A stretch of DNA of 64,000 nt from NCBI RefSeq assembly GCF_964204645.1, contig NC_134026.1:12609950-12673949 (forward strand), read 5' to 3'. The position numbers were made by a program, and so were the translations under genes. The stretch is from Tubulanus polymorphus. Its lineage: Eukaryota; Animalia; Nemertea. Position 1 is the stretch's first letter; each line of letters starts with the position of its first letter. The notes beneath the pieces were generated by a model. That model was not told the DNA's origin, searched no databases, and saw nothing but the letters and a program-made list of their open reading frames with translations. Of this stretch, positions 63,646-64,000 are shown piece after piece.

Positions 63646-64000
63646 CAATATTTGCAAAAGCATTATATCAAGTGATAGCCAAACTGGGGACTGGCCGGGC
63701 CGGGCTGGCTAGGCCACACAATATGCTCCAAAGTCATGATGAAGCAGACATCAGGGCTCTTTCCTCAACCATGGAGGCAATGAAGTTGCAGACCAGCTTA
63801 GATGCAAAAGTGAATGAAGTCGGTCGCAAGTTATCAATTATCGACAATTTTCAATGAACAAGAGGTCCATGGACCTTGAGACTTCGTCGAGATAATCGAA
63901 GTTCCAGTTTGGGAAAAAGACAGGTCCTGCCTCGCCCGGCAGGCTGGATCAATGTTTCTTAAATATATCAATTACACTTACATGTATAACAAATATATAT

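Noticed and set aside
63615-63900. Coiled-coil-like ORF near the window end
   Set aside because: Too short, interrupted by a stop, and no diagnostic motif.
52501-64000. Further upstream CNNM exons
   Set aside because: None recognised by eye; they probably lie beyond the window, though a short exon could have been missed.

Overview
AT-rich animal genomic DNA (invertebrate-like; species not determinable) made almost entirely of nested mobile elements. The main feature is a decaying Polinton/Maverick (adintovirus-like) element at about 18.4-41.7 kb. It encodes a disrupted protein-primed PolB, a likely minor capsid, a major capsid, an rve integrase with chromodomain, an A32 packaging ATPase and several small membrane proteins; I found no protease. 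It starts with a 194-bp hairpin, and I found no TIR pair. 13 of its 14 gene starts read ATAAATG, most with an upstream T-run, resembling a poxvirus late promoter. A 9-kb Helentron-type (HINE) dimer carrying a 31-bp satellite splits it. An inverted relative at 2.3-3.8 kb keeps the hairpin and promoters but carries HNH endonuclease genes where pPolB and the next gene should be. Also present: a Helitron Rep remnant, scrambled Sola1 fragments, a hAT remnant, IS3EU-, Merlin-, Kolobok- and Harbinger-like MITEs, three HINE families, LINE fragments, and two 3' exons of a host CNNM metal-transporter gene (minus strand). All family assignments come from motif recognition by eye; no searches were run.
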